From: Eledone cirrhosa
Taxonomy: Eukaryota
NCBI GenBank assembly: GCA_964016885.1
Contig: OZ024745.1
Location: 50,840,001 to 50,904,000, forward strand
Length of the DNA: 64,000 bases
Direction of reading: 5' to 3'
Position 1 is the first letter of the stretch, and each line of letters begins with the position of its first letter. The notes beneath the pieces were generated by a model, which did no database searches, was not told the DNA's origin, and worked only from the letters and a program-made list of their open reading frames with translations. The position numbers and the translations under genes were made by a program. Positions 13,248 through 26,469 of the stretch are shown piece after piece.

Positions 13248-14419
13248 TACACGCATATATCAACCATTTCACTTTTAGTTTCGGTTTTGAAATGATGTCC
13301 AAGTGAAAGTTAAAGGAAAACAATTCTACTTACATCGAACTTCCTTTTATTCCGTGTAATTTCCCTGCGACTAAATGAATACTTCCATGTTTATTGTTAA
13401 AACGGAGGTTAATATGTTTTTCTTTGTGCCCTGTTAGTATAAACAATATCCTCATCAGATATTTGCTTTCAAACGAAATTGAATCTATTCTTAATTGCAA
13501 CTCAACGATGGGCATAAAATTTGACGATTCTCGTATCACAGAAAATGCTTTTGAACCAGATGGTAGAAATATTTGCTATGCATATTTGAGCGCAACAATA
13601 AAACTAATAACAAGCCATCAAATGAGATTAGCGTAAATGGAAACATATGCATGTTTGTATTGGATCTCTAAAAGCTTTTAAAATATATATAAATTGATGT
13701 AGGGACAAAGTACGTAAATGAAGAATTGAATGAGACAGGCGTGAGTATTGTAGAAACACAGGTAAACTTAGGATATTTCATGTAAAGAAGTATATGTCAA
13801 TTGTTAATCAGCGAAACTAATTACAGGAGACGGACTGCGAAATGTATGATGTGATACTTATGTCCATCACAGGGGCATTAGTAAGCAGAAGCTGTGAAAT
13901 AGCCGCAATAGTCAAGCGAAACACAGTTACAGACTCAGTTTGCATACAGTTTATGTACAAAGTACTTGTGCTGTTGCAATGTGAGCAAACAAGGAAGCTT
14001 TTATGTGGTCGCTCGGCTTGCAAAAATTAGCTGCGATATCTTCATAAAATGACACCTTATAATCTTAAACCGTGACTGTTGATGGAATGTACACACAATG
14101 ATGGAAAGAAAGACGAGATTATAATGGCTGAAACTCTTTTATCATGAATTTACTCATTCTGAATTGACTTAGAGCTAAGTGACATTAATAAAAGCAAATG
14201 TCAGTAATTCCCAAGCCAGATGGACACAAGATAATTTAAAACCAACTTTTTCATTCAATTCTCTGCTTCCATTCGTCGTTAGCACAATTTATTCTCTACG
14301 CAATATTTTAATACTTCCTTTTATGGAAGCTGGAGTAAGTTGGGTTCATTGTCTGCTGACTTATACTTTTGAACGTTGAGGATCAAATAGATCAAGTGAC
14401 TCATTTTATTGCATTATTA

Positions 14420-14825
14420 CTATTGGCAGTATCGGTACAGCGTCAAACACCATGCTTTGCAGCATAGAGTTATAGACCTTTGCGTCCTGAGCTCAAATCC
14501 CCAGGTTTGCCGTTCATCCTTCCAGGGTTGATAAAATAAAGCACCAGCAATGCCCTGGGGGTAATTACTGGCCTTGCGCCAAAAGTAGAAACAATTATTA
14601 CCAGGAATAAGGGTGGTGGATTGGTAGTATCGGTGGAGGGTCTAGCAATATGCTTTGCGGCATAGGGTTACAACCATTTACGTTCTGATTTCAAATCCCA
14701 CCGAGGTTAACTTTGCCTCTCATCATTACGGGGTCGATAAAATAAAGTACCCGCAAACGTACTATGGTCGATTTAATCGACTTTCCCCTCCATTAAAATT
14801 GTTGGCCCCGTGCCTAAAACAGAGA
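14420..14825 (+). mobile_element. Two tandem SINE copies
   Basis: Same head, core and tail as the 1958 SINE (14420-14592 and 14611-14825). Confidence 0.8.
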
Positions 14826-15079
14826 AGCCGGCAACTCTCAACTAGAAAAGACACAAATCTACGTATATAGTGAACAAGGAAAAGAAAAACAATACTTCAG
14901 CATTCCGTTAGCCGTGAGAAAAATGTAAGAAGGAAAAAAAAGAGCAATAATTAATCTCTCAAAATGTTTTGTCTCTCTGTCTGTCTGTCTTTTTCTTATC
15001 CATCTCAAACGGTTCGACCAAATCAAATCCACCACCCCTGGTATGTTTGCACCGCCCCTGGTATGTATGTTCTTCTGGT

Positions 15080-15625
15080 TTTATAATTTCACAAAGTTTT
15101 ACCAATAGAGAGAGAGTCGGTTTCTAACATAGACACAAGACTCTCTCATTGGAATTTACACAACATCAACTAGGTAGATATGTATGTATGCATGCATGTG
15201 TAGATATGGATGTTATTTTATGTGTGGATATGTATGCTTTGAGTTGTATGTGTGCATGTGTATATGCTTTGTATATGTACATGGGTATATGCAGTTATTA
15301 GATGCAACATTTTTGGAATGTTTTACATATTTTTACTGTTCCATTAATGAATTGTACTTGTAATTTCCTAACTAGTTTTGTTCTTTCTGTTCCTGTGAAG
15401 CCTAGCTTCTCAAGATTTGTATTGAGGCAGTTACTAACATATCCCAGTGCCCCAATAATCACAGGCATAAATCTGAAGGTGTAATCAGGGTGGAGTATCT
15501 GAAGATTTCTCATCAGTTCTGCATAAATATTCTCCTTTTCACTAATCTTTGATATTATATTGGCATCTGCTGGGCAGCTAATTTCCACTACTGTGCATGC
15601 TTTCTTCTCCCTGTCCCATATCATA
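15080..15625 (-). mobile_element. R4/Dong-like (REL endonuclease) LINE 3' fragment
   Basis: DREKKACTVVEISCP...EKENIY.EL...FMPVIIGALG motif of REL-type non-LTR elements. Confidence 0.7.
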
Positions 15626-15716
15626 ATGTATGTATGTATGTATGTATGTATGTATGTATGTATGTATGTATGTATGTATGTATGTATGTATGTATGTATG
15701 TATGTATGTATGTATG

Positions 15717-16290
15717 TCAGGTTACCAGTTGGTGCTACTGGTAACATGCATCCCAGTACAACCTGTCTCATGGTCGGGTCGTTGGCGACTAAACTGGCAA
15801 CCCCACCAAGGTTTCTTGGTGAAGAGGGTGACTTTGGACATCCTGCAGGACTAAAAACAAAACCTGTCAAAGGGCAAAGGAGCTCTTAAGAGTCAATGGC
15901 CATCCAAAATCACCGGGAGAATTCTAGGAGAAGGAAAACTCTGATATAACACCTGCAACCCTGATGGTATCCAATGATGTTGACTTGTTCTTCTTTTTGG
16001 TAAATATCATCTTGGTTAAGAGAGTGGGACTGGCTTTGTGCAGTGCCTTTGATCACTATAAAAGCTTCACGGCACAGGCATTGCTTTATATCTGGAGATC
16101 TCTCTGCACTTGTCGTCACATGGTACCAGCACTATGTGTCAATAATTGTCACAGGTGTAGTGTTTGTACCAGAGTTTTCAAGTCGCTGGCTGGACTAAAA
16201 AGTCACACTCGTTCAGCGCATCGGTAGGGGTTCTCCTACATGGATATAAAGTAGTGGCCGTACTCGAAAACGAGTTGGCAGCCACCATGT
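15717..16290 (+). mobile_element. RTE-related short retroelement between (TATG)n tracts
   Basis: RTE-like leader with GGAGAAGGAAAACTCTGA and a 3' C..C.R.FKSLAGLKSH zinc-finger-like remnant. A second copy lies at ~26977-27460. Confidence 0.55.
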
Positions 16291-16321
16291 ATGTATGTAT
16301 GTATGTATGTATGTATGTATG

Positions 16322-16352
<31 letters not shown>

Positions 16353-16675
16353 TATCCATTCAAAAGAATAAGAAATATATGCGTGTGTGTGTGCATTTGT
16401 GTATGAGTGCATATCTTCAAATTGTGTGCTTTTTACATAGAATAGTTAACTTAGCCTCTCGATAAAGATTGATAAAAGAAGTACTTAAATAAGTGAAAGA
16501 GTAAGAGAATAAACTTAATCCTAGTTTAAACTATAAAGGTTCTTGTGTGTTTTCATGAGAGAGCCCCAAAATGGAAAGGGACGTCTCTAAACTCCTTTAT
16601 TCATTGTATCAAAGGATGGTTGGCGTGATATAAAGGTAGTCTTCGAAAAGTAAACCTTGCAGAGTACATTCCTCC

Positions 16676-16763
<88 letters not shown>

Positions 16764-17002
16764 GTCAACAGTGGCCAGGTTGGTGCCGAAGTTATGTTAT
16801 TCTCCATTCTCATAAACAAGGTCAGGTAATTTGATATATCGTGTAGAAGTAGGTGAAAGTTGTGGTGTCAGAATAGGCATATTGGAACTTATACTCATTT
16901 AGGGATCTCGAAAAGAAGAAGAAAAACAAAACTGGCAGGCAGATGGCACAAATAACTGAAATGATTCGATTCAACGCTCTCTATATTCTGCCAGTTCACA
17001 GT

Positions 17003-17039
17003 CCCTAACCCTAATCCTTACCCTAACCCTAACTCTAAC
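17003..17039. repeat. Short interstitial telomere-like (CCCTAA)n tract
   Basis: CCCTAACCCTAATCCTTACCCTAACCCTAACTCTAAC, about 6 imperfect units. Confidence 0.7.
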
Positions 17040-17336
17040 ACAATTAAAAACATGTCCACTAGTCTAATGATTCTACCACTAACACAACAAAAGTTTCAAC
17101 AATATTGATATAAATATAAAACTGGCATAGTCGGAAGATCGCCTTGTGTTTACTTAGCTACGTCCTTTTATAGTCTAAATTCAAAACCCGCTGAGTTTGA
17201 TTTTGCCTTATATATTTCATATAAACGTAGACAAAATGTCATATACTTTAACAATACTAATTGTGAAAGTGAAAGTAACGTAAATTTAGCTGGGAAACCA
17301 GTATCGATAAGTTATAGCATCACTTCGAAATACCAA

Positions 17337-17389
<53 letters not shown>

Positions 17390-17392
<3 letters not shown>

Positions 17393-17650
17393 AAACAAGT
17401 GGTACAAATATACATCAGAAAACGTGGCAGATACTGGTTTCCCTGATAGGGAGATCAAAGCCAAACTACCAGATACTGTAGCCAAAGTACACAAACGAAA
17501 AAAAATGTCTTCCAATTGATGTAACTATCCCTATCAAGGAAATGGATAATTATTCAAATATAAAAATCTGGGGAAACAAATAACCCGAATGTGGAGGATG
17601 AAAAAAGAAACAACCCCTATAACAGTAGGTGCTCTGGGAATAGTAAAAAC
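17390..17650 (+). mobile_element. Decayed R4/REL-type LINE fragment
   Basis: KPD.V...ID...KYKNL..QITRMW.MK.ETTPITVGALG remnant. Confidence 0.55.
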
Positions 17651-17659
17651 AAAACCTAT

Positions 17660-17891
17660 AACGTCATTGCGGAAACTGAAAGAATATTTCCTTTCTTTAT
17701 TTCAAACTATATCATTATTAATTTGAAAATATTTTTGTCTCCTGAATAATCTGCAACCTCATACACATTTAAGTGTGTAAGCTGCAGGTTGAGAAGGATG
17801 GATAATCGACATCTCTTTCTAGCAGGTCAAGATTTGAGAGACATTGCAATTCTTCAGTTATCATCATTATTATCATCATCACTCTTTCATC

Positions 17892-17922
<31 letters not shown>

Positions 17923-17981
17923 ACACCATGATCACAGCCTTAGTCGTCACAATCATCATTAACGTAATCATCATCATCATA

Positions 17982-18012
<31 letters not shown>

Positions 18013-18310
18013 TCATCATCATAATCTTCATCATCAACCCCCACCATAAACCCTATCATCATCATAATCTTCATCCTCAACCAACATCATCATCGTCGCA
18101 TCTTCATCAAAATCCACTTTATCCTCTTCATCTTAGGTGCTGAGGTATACTTTAATTTTCAAGTCATCTCATAAATATTAACTATTTCCGCTGAAATCTC
18201 TGCCTCGCTATCGATTTATTTAAACGTAACAACTTTCATTTTCTTCGTTATTTCCCAACTTGGGAGATATGCATCGTAGAAATTTCCCAAATTATCAAAA
18301 CCCTAAGAAC
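17660..18310 (-). promoter_or_regulatory. Inverted, truncated copy of the gene A/B upstream region
   Basis: The reverse complement aligns by eye to 21990-23100 and 34230-34440 (e.g. ATATCTCCCAAGTTGGGAAATAACGAA, TTTCAGTTTCCGCAAT). Confidence 0.75.
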
Positions 18311-18320
18311 TCTCCCCCCT

Positions 18321-18425
<105 letters not shown>

Positions 18426-18499
18426 TTCTCCCTCCTCTCCGTCCAGCAGTTATTTATCAAGAACTGTAATTATCCCATATTTACAGTGGCGTCCATTTC

Positions 18500-20370
18500 G
18501 AATGTTGACAGGTACAAATATTAATCGGAGGGTATGCAGCTCGGCACCTGGCGAGGCATGTCGATTCCGTCTGATTAGTTAGGTCCAAACCTCCATGTGG
18601 ATAGAAACTGGGACGAGGCAATGACAGGGCAGTCACTCTCAACCATAAATAAGCCAAGAGGAAGCTACCATTGAAACGTAAGATAGGTGGTGAACCTATA
18701 CATCTCTTCTTTGTTATATTACCGGTTGATCAGCGGGCGTTGTCTCAGCTTTCGTCTCACCAGATCGGAGCGTTTGCTCGTCTCTTCAACTGAGCTGCAT
18801 TCTTAGGACAAGCAAAACTGAGTCTGGCCACTTACATCTGGAATATTGTAAGGCGCACACAGTTCTCTGTCTGATGGACAATGCTGTCGACAAAAATTAC
18901 ACGTTAGCTTTCTATAGTGGACTAGTAGGGAGAAAGGCGTAGACCAGAATGAACTGAGTAGTTTGTCAGGGGCCGTTTCGTCCTAAGTATTATTGATCAC
19001 AAATATGTGATCTGCATAGTCGACTTAGATAGAACACACAGGCAGGGACTTGGATACTCGCAGCTTAACGCTTCGTTGCCGGCGTGTGAAGCCTACAAAA
19101 ACTAGACCAGCAATTTAGTTAAGCGTAAGTTGAAAGAGTTACTGATGAGGAAAGACGAGCATAAGAGAGACGTTTTAGACAACTTCAGGCCCATACCTAT
19201 GCTCAGCGGCATCTGCTCAGTGGTCAAAGTTAATGGCTATCTTTCGGAACTGTTTCAGATCAAGTGCTCGGTTCTTCAAGGGTACCCTACCTCTACCCTT
19301 CTGTATGTATCTCGAGCCTTTACTGCGGAAGCTGCAACTGTTGCAGGATATCCCGCTCGAACCGGGATGTGGAAGAGCTGCACCAGCATATGCGAACGAC
19401 GTCTCCGTGATGGTGTCGAACACTTCGGAAATCGAGGTGGTCAGCAACTTCGTAGAGGACTATGAAAGGTCGACGGAAGCAAACCTAAACTCGGAAAAGT
19501 CGAGACAAATCCATGCCGTTCAACAGCCTCTTCGGGCGCTTGACTGACCCACGAAATTGCTCGGGTTCTGCAAGTGTGATGACGTTTTTGGAGAGACTCT
19601 GGTTGTCGACAAAATCGAACTGAACTGTTTGTTCCGAAGAACTTTCGAGCCGGGAACTACGGACAACTTCCAGAAATTCCTGGCTTAGAAGCGCTTCCGG
19701 TTCGAGATAAACTCTACAGGCACAGAAGTGCGGTTGGACGGACCTGTCTGAGATGCGCGCAGAGCTACGAAACCGTTCTGCATTCACTCGTCTAGGCATT
19801 ACCGACATGTGGAGCTTTGTCGAACAGCTATTATCACCTGTAAGACGTATCTGGCTATCGACCGAGTCCATCGTAAACATCACCCTACCGCCTTATTTTG
19901 ATCGGAAAGGGACGGCAGTCTTCATCTACCTGGTTACTGTTGTGAAAGAAGTTGTGTGGTGGACACGGCTGAAAGTATTGACAACAGACAATTTTCTCTT
20001 CGACCAATTCCTCATCAACTTTTTTCAAGTTCCACTTGGAAAGAAAGATGATGACCGCCTACCCCAGTACATTTGTTAAAAGGTGGGTGAATGTAAGAAG
20101 GATGACCTGTGTGAATGGGCCTACTCTGACGCCTGTAGGCTAGTATGGGGAGGAGAGGGGCGCCCTTCTAGGGTGCTCTTGGAAAGTAGGTTGGTTAGGG
20201 TTCGGTGGGGTTCCTAACTCACTCCCTGGGGGGTACTCCCCCTATTGGGAAATTTTCATTGTTATAATTTATTGTTATTTGTTATATTTTTTACTCGATC
20301 ATTGTAAATCCCCACTGTCCATTTTACTATTGTCTCTATATCTTGGCCTTTGTGGCCAATGATAAAATTA
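18500..20370 (+). mobile_element. Highly decayed Tx1 ORF2 remnant
   Basis: LDNFRPI, VKVNGYLS, AYANDV, WSFVEQLLS and KEVVWWTRLK motifs with many disruptions. Confidence 0.75.
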
Positions 20371-20544
20371 TTATTATTGTTGTTGTTGTTGATGATGATT
20401 TTATTGTTGATGCAGTTGTTATTGATGATATTGTTGTTGATTTTGTTGTTGCTTAGTGGGTGTTGTTATTGTTTTGAAACAGACAAAATTCTAAAATATG
20501 TGATATATACAGTTCAAGATAGATAAAGGCTGAAGAGAGGGAGG

Positions 20545-20638
<94 letters not shown>

Positions 20639-20741
20639 AGGAGATAGATATATAGATAGATAGATAGAGAGAGAGAGGGAGAGATATAGATAGATAGATA
20701 TAGATAGATAGAGAGATAGATAGAGAGATAGAGAGAAAGAG

Positions 20742-20772
<31 letters not shown>

Positions 20773-20801
20773 AAGAGATAGAGAGAAAGAGATAGAGAGA
20801 A

Positions 20802-20870
<69 letters not shown>

Positions 20871-20884
20871 TAGATAGATATGTT

Positions 20885-21828
20885 TCTTTTATTTGCCACC
20901 AGGGCATCAAAAGTGGGACAAGTACAATGGGGGTAGTTTACACAAAAAGGCGTCCTCAATAAGGAGGAGGCAATAACAATATATAAAAATAAAATAAAAT
21001 ATAACAAAAAATAAAATTTATAACAAAATCCTCAATAGAGAGGAGGCGCCTTGGGGGGTCGCACACACCCCCGAAAAAAGTGTGCAACCCTTTTCCTCAG
21101 GAGCACAGAGAGGGGGTGCTCCCTCGTTCCTTCCTCTTTTCCACCTACAGGCTTATGTAAAGAGAAGGCCCATTCACACGGGCCATTCTCGCCACTTTCA
21201 CCCACCTTTCATAAAAACGACTGGGGTGGAGCACCTCTCTCTCCATCCTGATCCTTCTTCCAAAATGATATCGGAAGAAACGGACCAGTTGTTGGCCAGA
21301 GAGAAAGGTGCCTGACCTCAGTCCTTTCAGACGCGTCCACCATACAACCTCTTTCGCCATGGCTATTACGCACAGAAACACCGCCTCTGCTTCATCTTTG
21401 AAGGAGGGAGGCGGCTTGATCATTACAATAGACTCGGTGGTCAACCGGATCGGTCCCACCCTTGACAGCAGTTGTTCGACATAGCCCCACAGATCGGCTA
21501 CGCCCGAGCAGTGTACCAATGCGTGTGCAACGGTTTCCTCGTCGCACACGCATCTGGGACAGATCTTTTTGGCGGGGTCCCTACCCGGGCGCCCGTGCCT
21601 GTAGAGCCTTTCTCGAACGGGTAAAGCCCCTCGGTAGCACTGCCAGGCCAGGGACTTCTGGAAGTCGTCCATAGGTTCCGGGCTGAATGTCCTACCGAAC
21701 AGGCTGGCCAGTTCGTCCTTCTCCATGTCTAGGGCTTCTCCGAGGGCGTCGTCGCACCTGCTGCGTATCAGCCCTCTATAGAATGTTGCGGTGGAGTCTC
21801 CACTGATAACCGGATCCGCCTGCCAGAG
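20885..21828 (-). mobile_element. Tx1 LINE 3' portion
   Basis: ORF 21145-21726 (FQKSLAWQCYRGALPVR...CPRC..EETVAH...KEVVWWTRLKG) plus a 3' end with AATAAA. Confidence 0.85.
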
Positions 21829-21870
<42 letters not shown>

Positions 21871-21989
21871 AGAGTGAGGGAGAGAGGATAGATATAAAGC
21901 TATTTTAATACAAAATCAATATAATCAATATAATTATTTTTCTAGCGAATATTTGCACTTTCATTTTCTCACTTCCGAGTATTTAGGAA

Positions 21990-22125
21990 GTTTCTTAAGA
22001 ATTTGATAACTTGGGAAAATTCTATGAATGAATATCTCCCAAGTTGGGAAATAACGAAACTGTTACATTTCAGCATTTCAGTGGAAGAAGAAACAAACAT
22101 GTAGATAGTTGATATTAACGACGTA

Positions 22126-22171
<46 letters not shown>

Positions 22172-23344
22172 GTGCGTGTGCGTGTGTGTGGTGTGTGTGT
22201 GTGGGAGATTTAGCGGGAAAATTAAAGTATATCTTAGCACCTACGATGATGAGGATGAAGCGGATTTTGATGAAGATAATGATGATGGTGATGATGCTGG
22301 TTGATGAGGAAAATTATGATGGTGATGGGGAGGAGGATAAAGCCGATTTTGATGATGATGATGATTATGATAATGATGATGATTGTGATGACTAAGTCTG
22401 TGATCATGATGTTGATGATTATGATGATGATAATGATGATGATGAAGATAATAATTGTTTCTACTTTTGGCACAAGGCCAGCAATTATACCAGTGTATTA
22501 CTGGTACTTTATTTTATCGACCCCGTAAGGATGAAAGGCAAAGTTAACCTCGGCGGGATTTGAACTCAGATCATGATGGGCCGTAACTCTATGCGTCAAA
22601 GCATGGCGTCCGACCCTCTACCAATACTGCCAATCCACCGCCCTAATATAATGATGATAATAATGAGTTCTAGTATAGGCACAGGGCCAGTAATTTGGGG
22701 GCAGGGGTAAGTCGATTAAATCGACCCAGTACGTTACTGGTGCTTTATTTTATCGACCCCGTAAGGATGAAAGGCAAAGTTGACCTCGGTGTGATTTGAA
22801 CTCAGACCGTAAAGGGCCGTAACTCTATGCTGAAAAGCATGGTGTCTGACACTCTATCGATACTGCTAATCCACCGCCCTAATGATGATGATAATAATGA
22901 TGATGATAATGATAATGATAACGGAAAATTTGCAGATGTCACTCATATCTCGATCTGCTAGAAAAAGAGATCGAACACTGTGTATGGGGTTGCAGATTAA
23001 TCAGGAAAAAAATAATAAAAATTTTCAAATTAATAATAAGATTGTTAATAAGTTTGAAATAAAGCTAGGACATATTATTTCAGTTTCCGCAATGATGTCA
23101 TCAGGACAGTAATATATTCTCTCCCAAAAAGGCACGTTGCTGAAAAGTTATTTTCACTTTTGTTTTACGTTTAAATCGAATTTCATAACTTGAGTTGGTA
23201 TATATATATGGGCCATCTCTAAGTTTGGAACAGTGAGACAGAAGACTCAATACTGAACTATACAAACACAGTTGTTGTAAACCCAGTGAAAAGAAATCTG
23301 AACACTTCAATATTTACTATATTATAACACTACTAAACAGAAGA
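21990..23344 (+). promoter_or_regulatory. Putative promoter/5' UTR of gene A, interrupted by two minus-strand SINEs
   Basis: Lies directly upstream of ATG 23345 and is conserved in two other copies. Contains TTCTTAAGAA (21992), GGGAAAATTC (~22013), TTTCCGCAATGATGTCA (23084-23100) and a TATA-like run at ~23199. Confidence 0.55.
22457..22880 (-). mobile_element. Two minus-strand SINE copies
   Basis: Reverse complement of the SINE consensus at 22457-22644 and 22666-22880. Confidence 0.88.
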
Positions 23345-23366
23345 ATGGCGTACGGTACTCCGAAAG
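23345..23366 (+). CDS. Gene A exon 1 (MAYGTPK+G), putative secreted helical cytokine
   Basis: ATG...AAAG|GTAAGG strong donor, phase 1, joins exon 2 in frame. A paralogous exon with the same layout lies at 34684. Confidence 0.75.
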
Positions 23367-23432
23367 GTAAGGTGAACTCTTTTAAATATTTTTTATCCCA
23401 TATTCCCTGATTTCTCCGTATCCTGATCAACC

Positions 23433-23565
23433 TTAGGCACAAGGCCAGTAATATGAGGAAAGGGAATATCGATTTAAATCGACCGAGTACTTGACTGATA
23501 CTTTATTTTAGCGACCCCTGAAGGATGAAAAGCAAATTTGACCTGAGTGAGATTATAACTCAGAA
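23433..23565 (-). mobile_element. Degenerate SINE
   Basis: GGCACAAGGCCAG...GACCCCTGAAGGATGAAA matches the SINE reverse complement. Confidence 0.7.
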
Positions 23566-23584
23566 CAGAGCCGCTAGATAACTT

Positions 23585-23900
23585 TCAGAAATCCCTGGCA
23601 TAGAGAGGAGGATTTCCGGATCGAGGTAAGCTCTACAGACACAGACGTGACGTCAGTCGAGCTTGTCCGAGTTGTACTTAAGGTGAGGAAATCGTCCTGC
23701 ACGCATTCGTGCAGTTCGAGATTTGCTGACGTATGGAGCTTAGTCGAACAACTGGATCCGTCTATCGGTTGAGTTCATCGTCGAGACAGCACCGCCATCA
23801 TTCTATAGTCGGGAAGGGTAGACAGTTTTTATTTGCCTGCCTAATGTCTATGGCGGAATAGATTGTACGGTGAACTTGGTTAAAGATTTGAGGACAGGCA
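23585..23900 (+). mobile_element. Decayed Tx1 3' fragment, followed by (TTC)n at 23903-24022
   Basis: FQKSLA, ACPSC, WSLVEQL and GTF remnants. Confidence 0.6.
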
Positions 23901-25096
23901 CATTCTTCTTCTTCTTCTTCTTCTTCTTCTTCTTCTTCTTCTTCTTCTTCTTCTTCTTCTTCTTCTTCTTCTTCTTCTTCTTCTTCTTCTTCTTCTTCTT
24001 CTTCTTCTTCTTCTTCTTCTTCGCCCCTGAAAGGGTTGTGGGGGCAGAGTCCTCAAACACTCCTTCCAGGGGTCCTGTCAGAAGCAACCATATCCAACTT
24101 ATCCAGCGAGATTAGCCAAGCTCATGGATATTATCCAACCATCTTGCTTGGAATCTACCAAAAGCCGGTTGGTTTTGCCTGTGAAATCTGTCCAACCATT
24201 CTTTCCTGAGACATTCTAACTACATGCCCATAGTATCGGAGCTGTGATCACTCAATTCGGAACTTAAAGTTTAATTCACTTCATAAGGTTTAGTTATATT
24301 CGAACGAAACCAACTTTTTAAAGTGTTGGTTATATATCTTTAGATTTAACTTTATATGTTTCAATACATACATTATTCTAAAAGTTCACTCTTTTAAATG
24401 AGTTAAATTTTGGAATTTTTATCTAAAATTAATTTCCTAAGAAAAATTTTGAGTACAGTATAATTAAAAAAGTGGAATAAGAAATATTAATATGCCAGGG
24501 GAAGTAGTGTTATTGGCGTTGTTATCGACTACGTTTGTAAAAATCACAATGTAGAGGAGAATTTACAGTGTAGATGCGTAGAAATATGATAGTGTATGGT
24601 ATTTATTCATTCAGTTTATTACCCTAAAATGTTTGATATCTCAAATCATCCTGCAACTACATCAAACTATATATTTTATATCATATTGTCAATTCGTTTT
24701 GTAATAAGACCCAGTTGTTGTAGCTGTTATTTAGTTAAAAGTTTAGTCCTGACAAGGTACCTATGTTCAAGGGCATTCCAGTTTTAACCACCGATTATTT
24801 TATCTAAATGAAAGGAAGCCAAGATTATATTATTCAATGCGCTCTTTTCTCAGTCGTTGAGGTGTACTCATAGAGAGGTTTGGCGGCTATTTCTAACAGG
24901 TCAAACGACCTCATTGATAATGTAATGAAATCGACTTGATCAACTGTGATCTTACCATAAAATGGAAGGCCCTGTATCGATTTAAGAAATACATTTCGCA
25001 AGCACATATTTGACTCATTTTAAAGATTTCATATATAGTTTTAAATTATTTTAAAAGGAGTTTTAATTGTTATCGCATATTTCTTAATAATTGCAG

Positions 25097-25365
25097 TATA
25101 TTTAATTGGCAAAATAATGACCATGCTGATAATATTCTTCATACGAAGTTGTTGGACATGTACATGTACATGTACATGTGCGTCACCACAAGCTAGTCAG
25201 CGACCAGCCAACAGACCTTGGGCTCATCCATGCACTCCGAACTCTGATACATTTTCTTTCTCGAATTTGCTAAAATCTCCTAACGATTACTCCTGGATCT
25301 TAGAAAAATATAAAAATAAAGTAAGAAGGACATTCAATCGAGTACAGAACATCAAAGAAAACATG
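25097..25365 (+). CDS. Gene A exon 2: signal peptide, PWAHPC motif and first helix
   Basis: TTGCAG acceptor and ATG|GTAAGT donor. Encodes (V)YLIGKIMTMLIIFFIRSCWTCTCTCTCASPQ...RPWAHPCTP...IKENM; homologous to 52040-52287. Confidence 0.85.
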
Positions 25366-25627
25366 GTAAGTATTGTTGATTATATGTTTCAAGTACTTTT
25401 GCGTTGTTTCCAACGTCTCTTTCTCCCCCTCTTCTTCTATCCACCCCTCTCTCTCTATATATATAGTAGATAGGTAAACATAATCAAGGTACAGAGCAAC
25501 TCAAATTGTAGGGCGAGTTTGAATATAATTATTAAGGCCAGTTATTACAACGGTACCATAGAATGTACGTACGTTTCGTTAGCCCCGATGACTAACTTGT
25601 TCAACGTGTGCCGGCTAAAATAAACCA

Positions 25628-25688
<61 letters not shown>

Positions 25689-26469
25689 CAAGAAGTGTAA
25701 GTCAACTGTTGACTTACACTTCTTGTTTTTAAATTACTACGGAGTAAACAGATCAACCTGCGCACTTCATTGAGTGCTCTACCCTGCACACTGAAGTGTC
25801 GTCGGTATCTAACCAATGCACACTCAAATTTATATATACATACATAGATACATACTTATGTCAATGATAACTGTTACGACCTCATCAGGCAGCTATTAAG
25901 TGGATAGAAAGTTACATGAATGAAAATAAGATAACATAAATAAAAATAAAAATTACTCATGCTATTTCTACTCATTGATATATCCCGGGCTGTATATTGT
26001 TGTTGCTCTTTCAAAGCCATGGACATATATGTGTATATATGTATATATGTGTGTGGTGGGATGGATAATGTTTGATGAAAGTTTATTTTGTCTGACACTA
26101 TCTTTATTTCTATTTATCTTTGTCAACCCAATTGTGTCGCTGCCCCATTGTCCGCGGGAAAGCTTTTGCGGTCCTGCCCAATGTACACGTATCTGTACAT
26201 GTAACTGTGAAATACGTACCCACTAACACGCAAATGAAACAAGTATGACGTGCAATTCATTTACAGTGAACCCGTCACCAATCTTCGTAGTTCACAGACA
26301 CGATTGTGCTTTATATAATATTTAGTGTATTTTGTAGAATAATATTTAATATCGGCCATTTGTCACTTAATCCACTATGGCATTCTCTGTCGATGTCACA
26401 GAGTGTATGTATGTACATATCTATGTATGTACATGTGTGTATATGAATGCATGTATATTCTGATTTTTA

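Noticed and set aside
13334-13575. Minus-strand open frame ending at a GTAAGT donor
   Set aside because: Weak acceptor, no similarity to genes A/B or any family I recognise, and no partner exons found.
23848-24115. Poly-Lys and poly-Phe ORFs
   Set aside because: (TTC)n microsatellite within a Tx1 remnant in gene A intron 1.
25561-25612. Hammerhead-like remnant on the minus strand (stem II, GAAAC and palindromic ACGTACGT)
   Set aside because: The CUGANGA core is mutated and stem I does not pair; at best a dead PLE-type relic.
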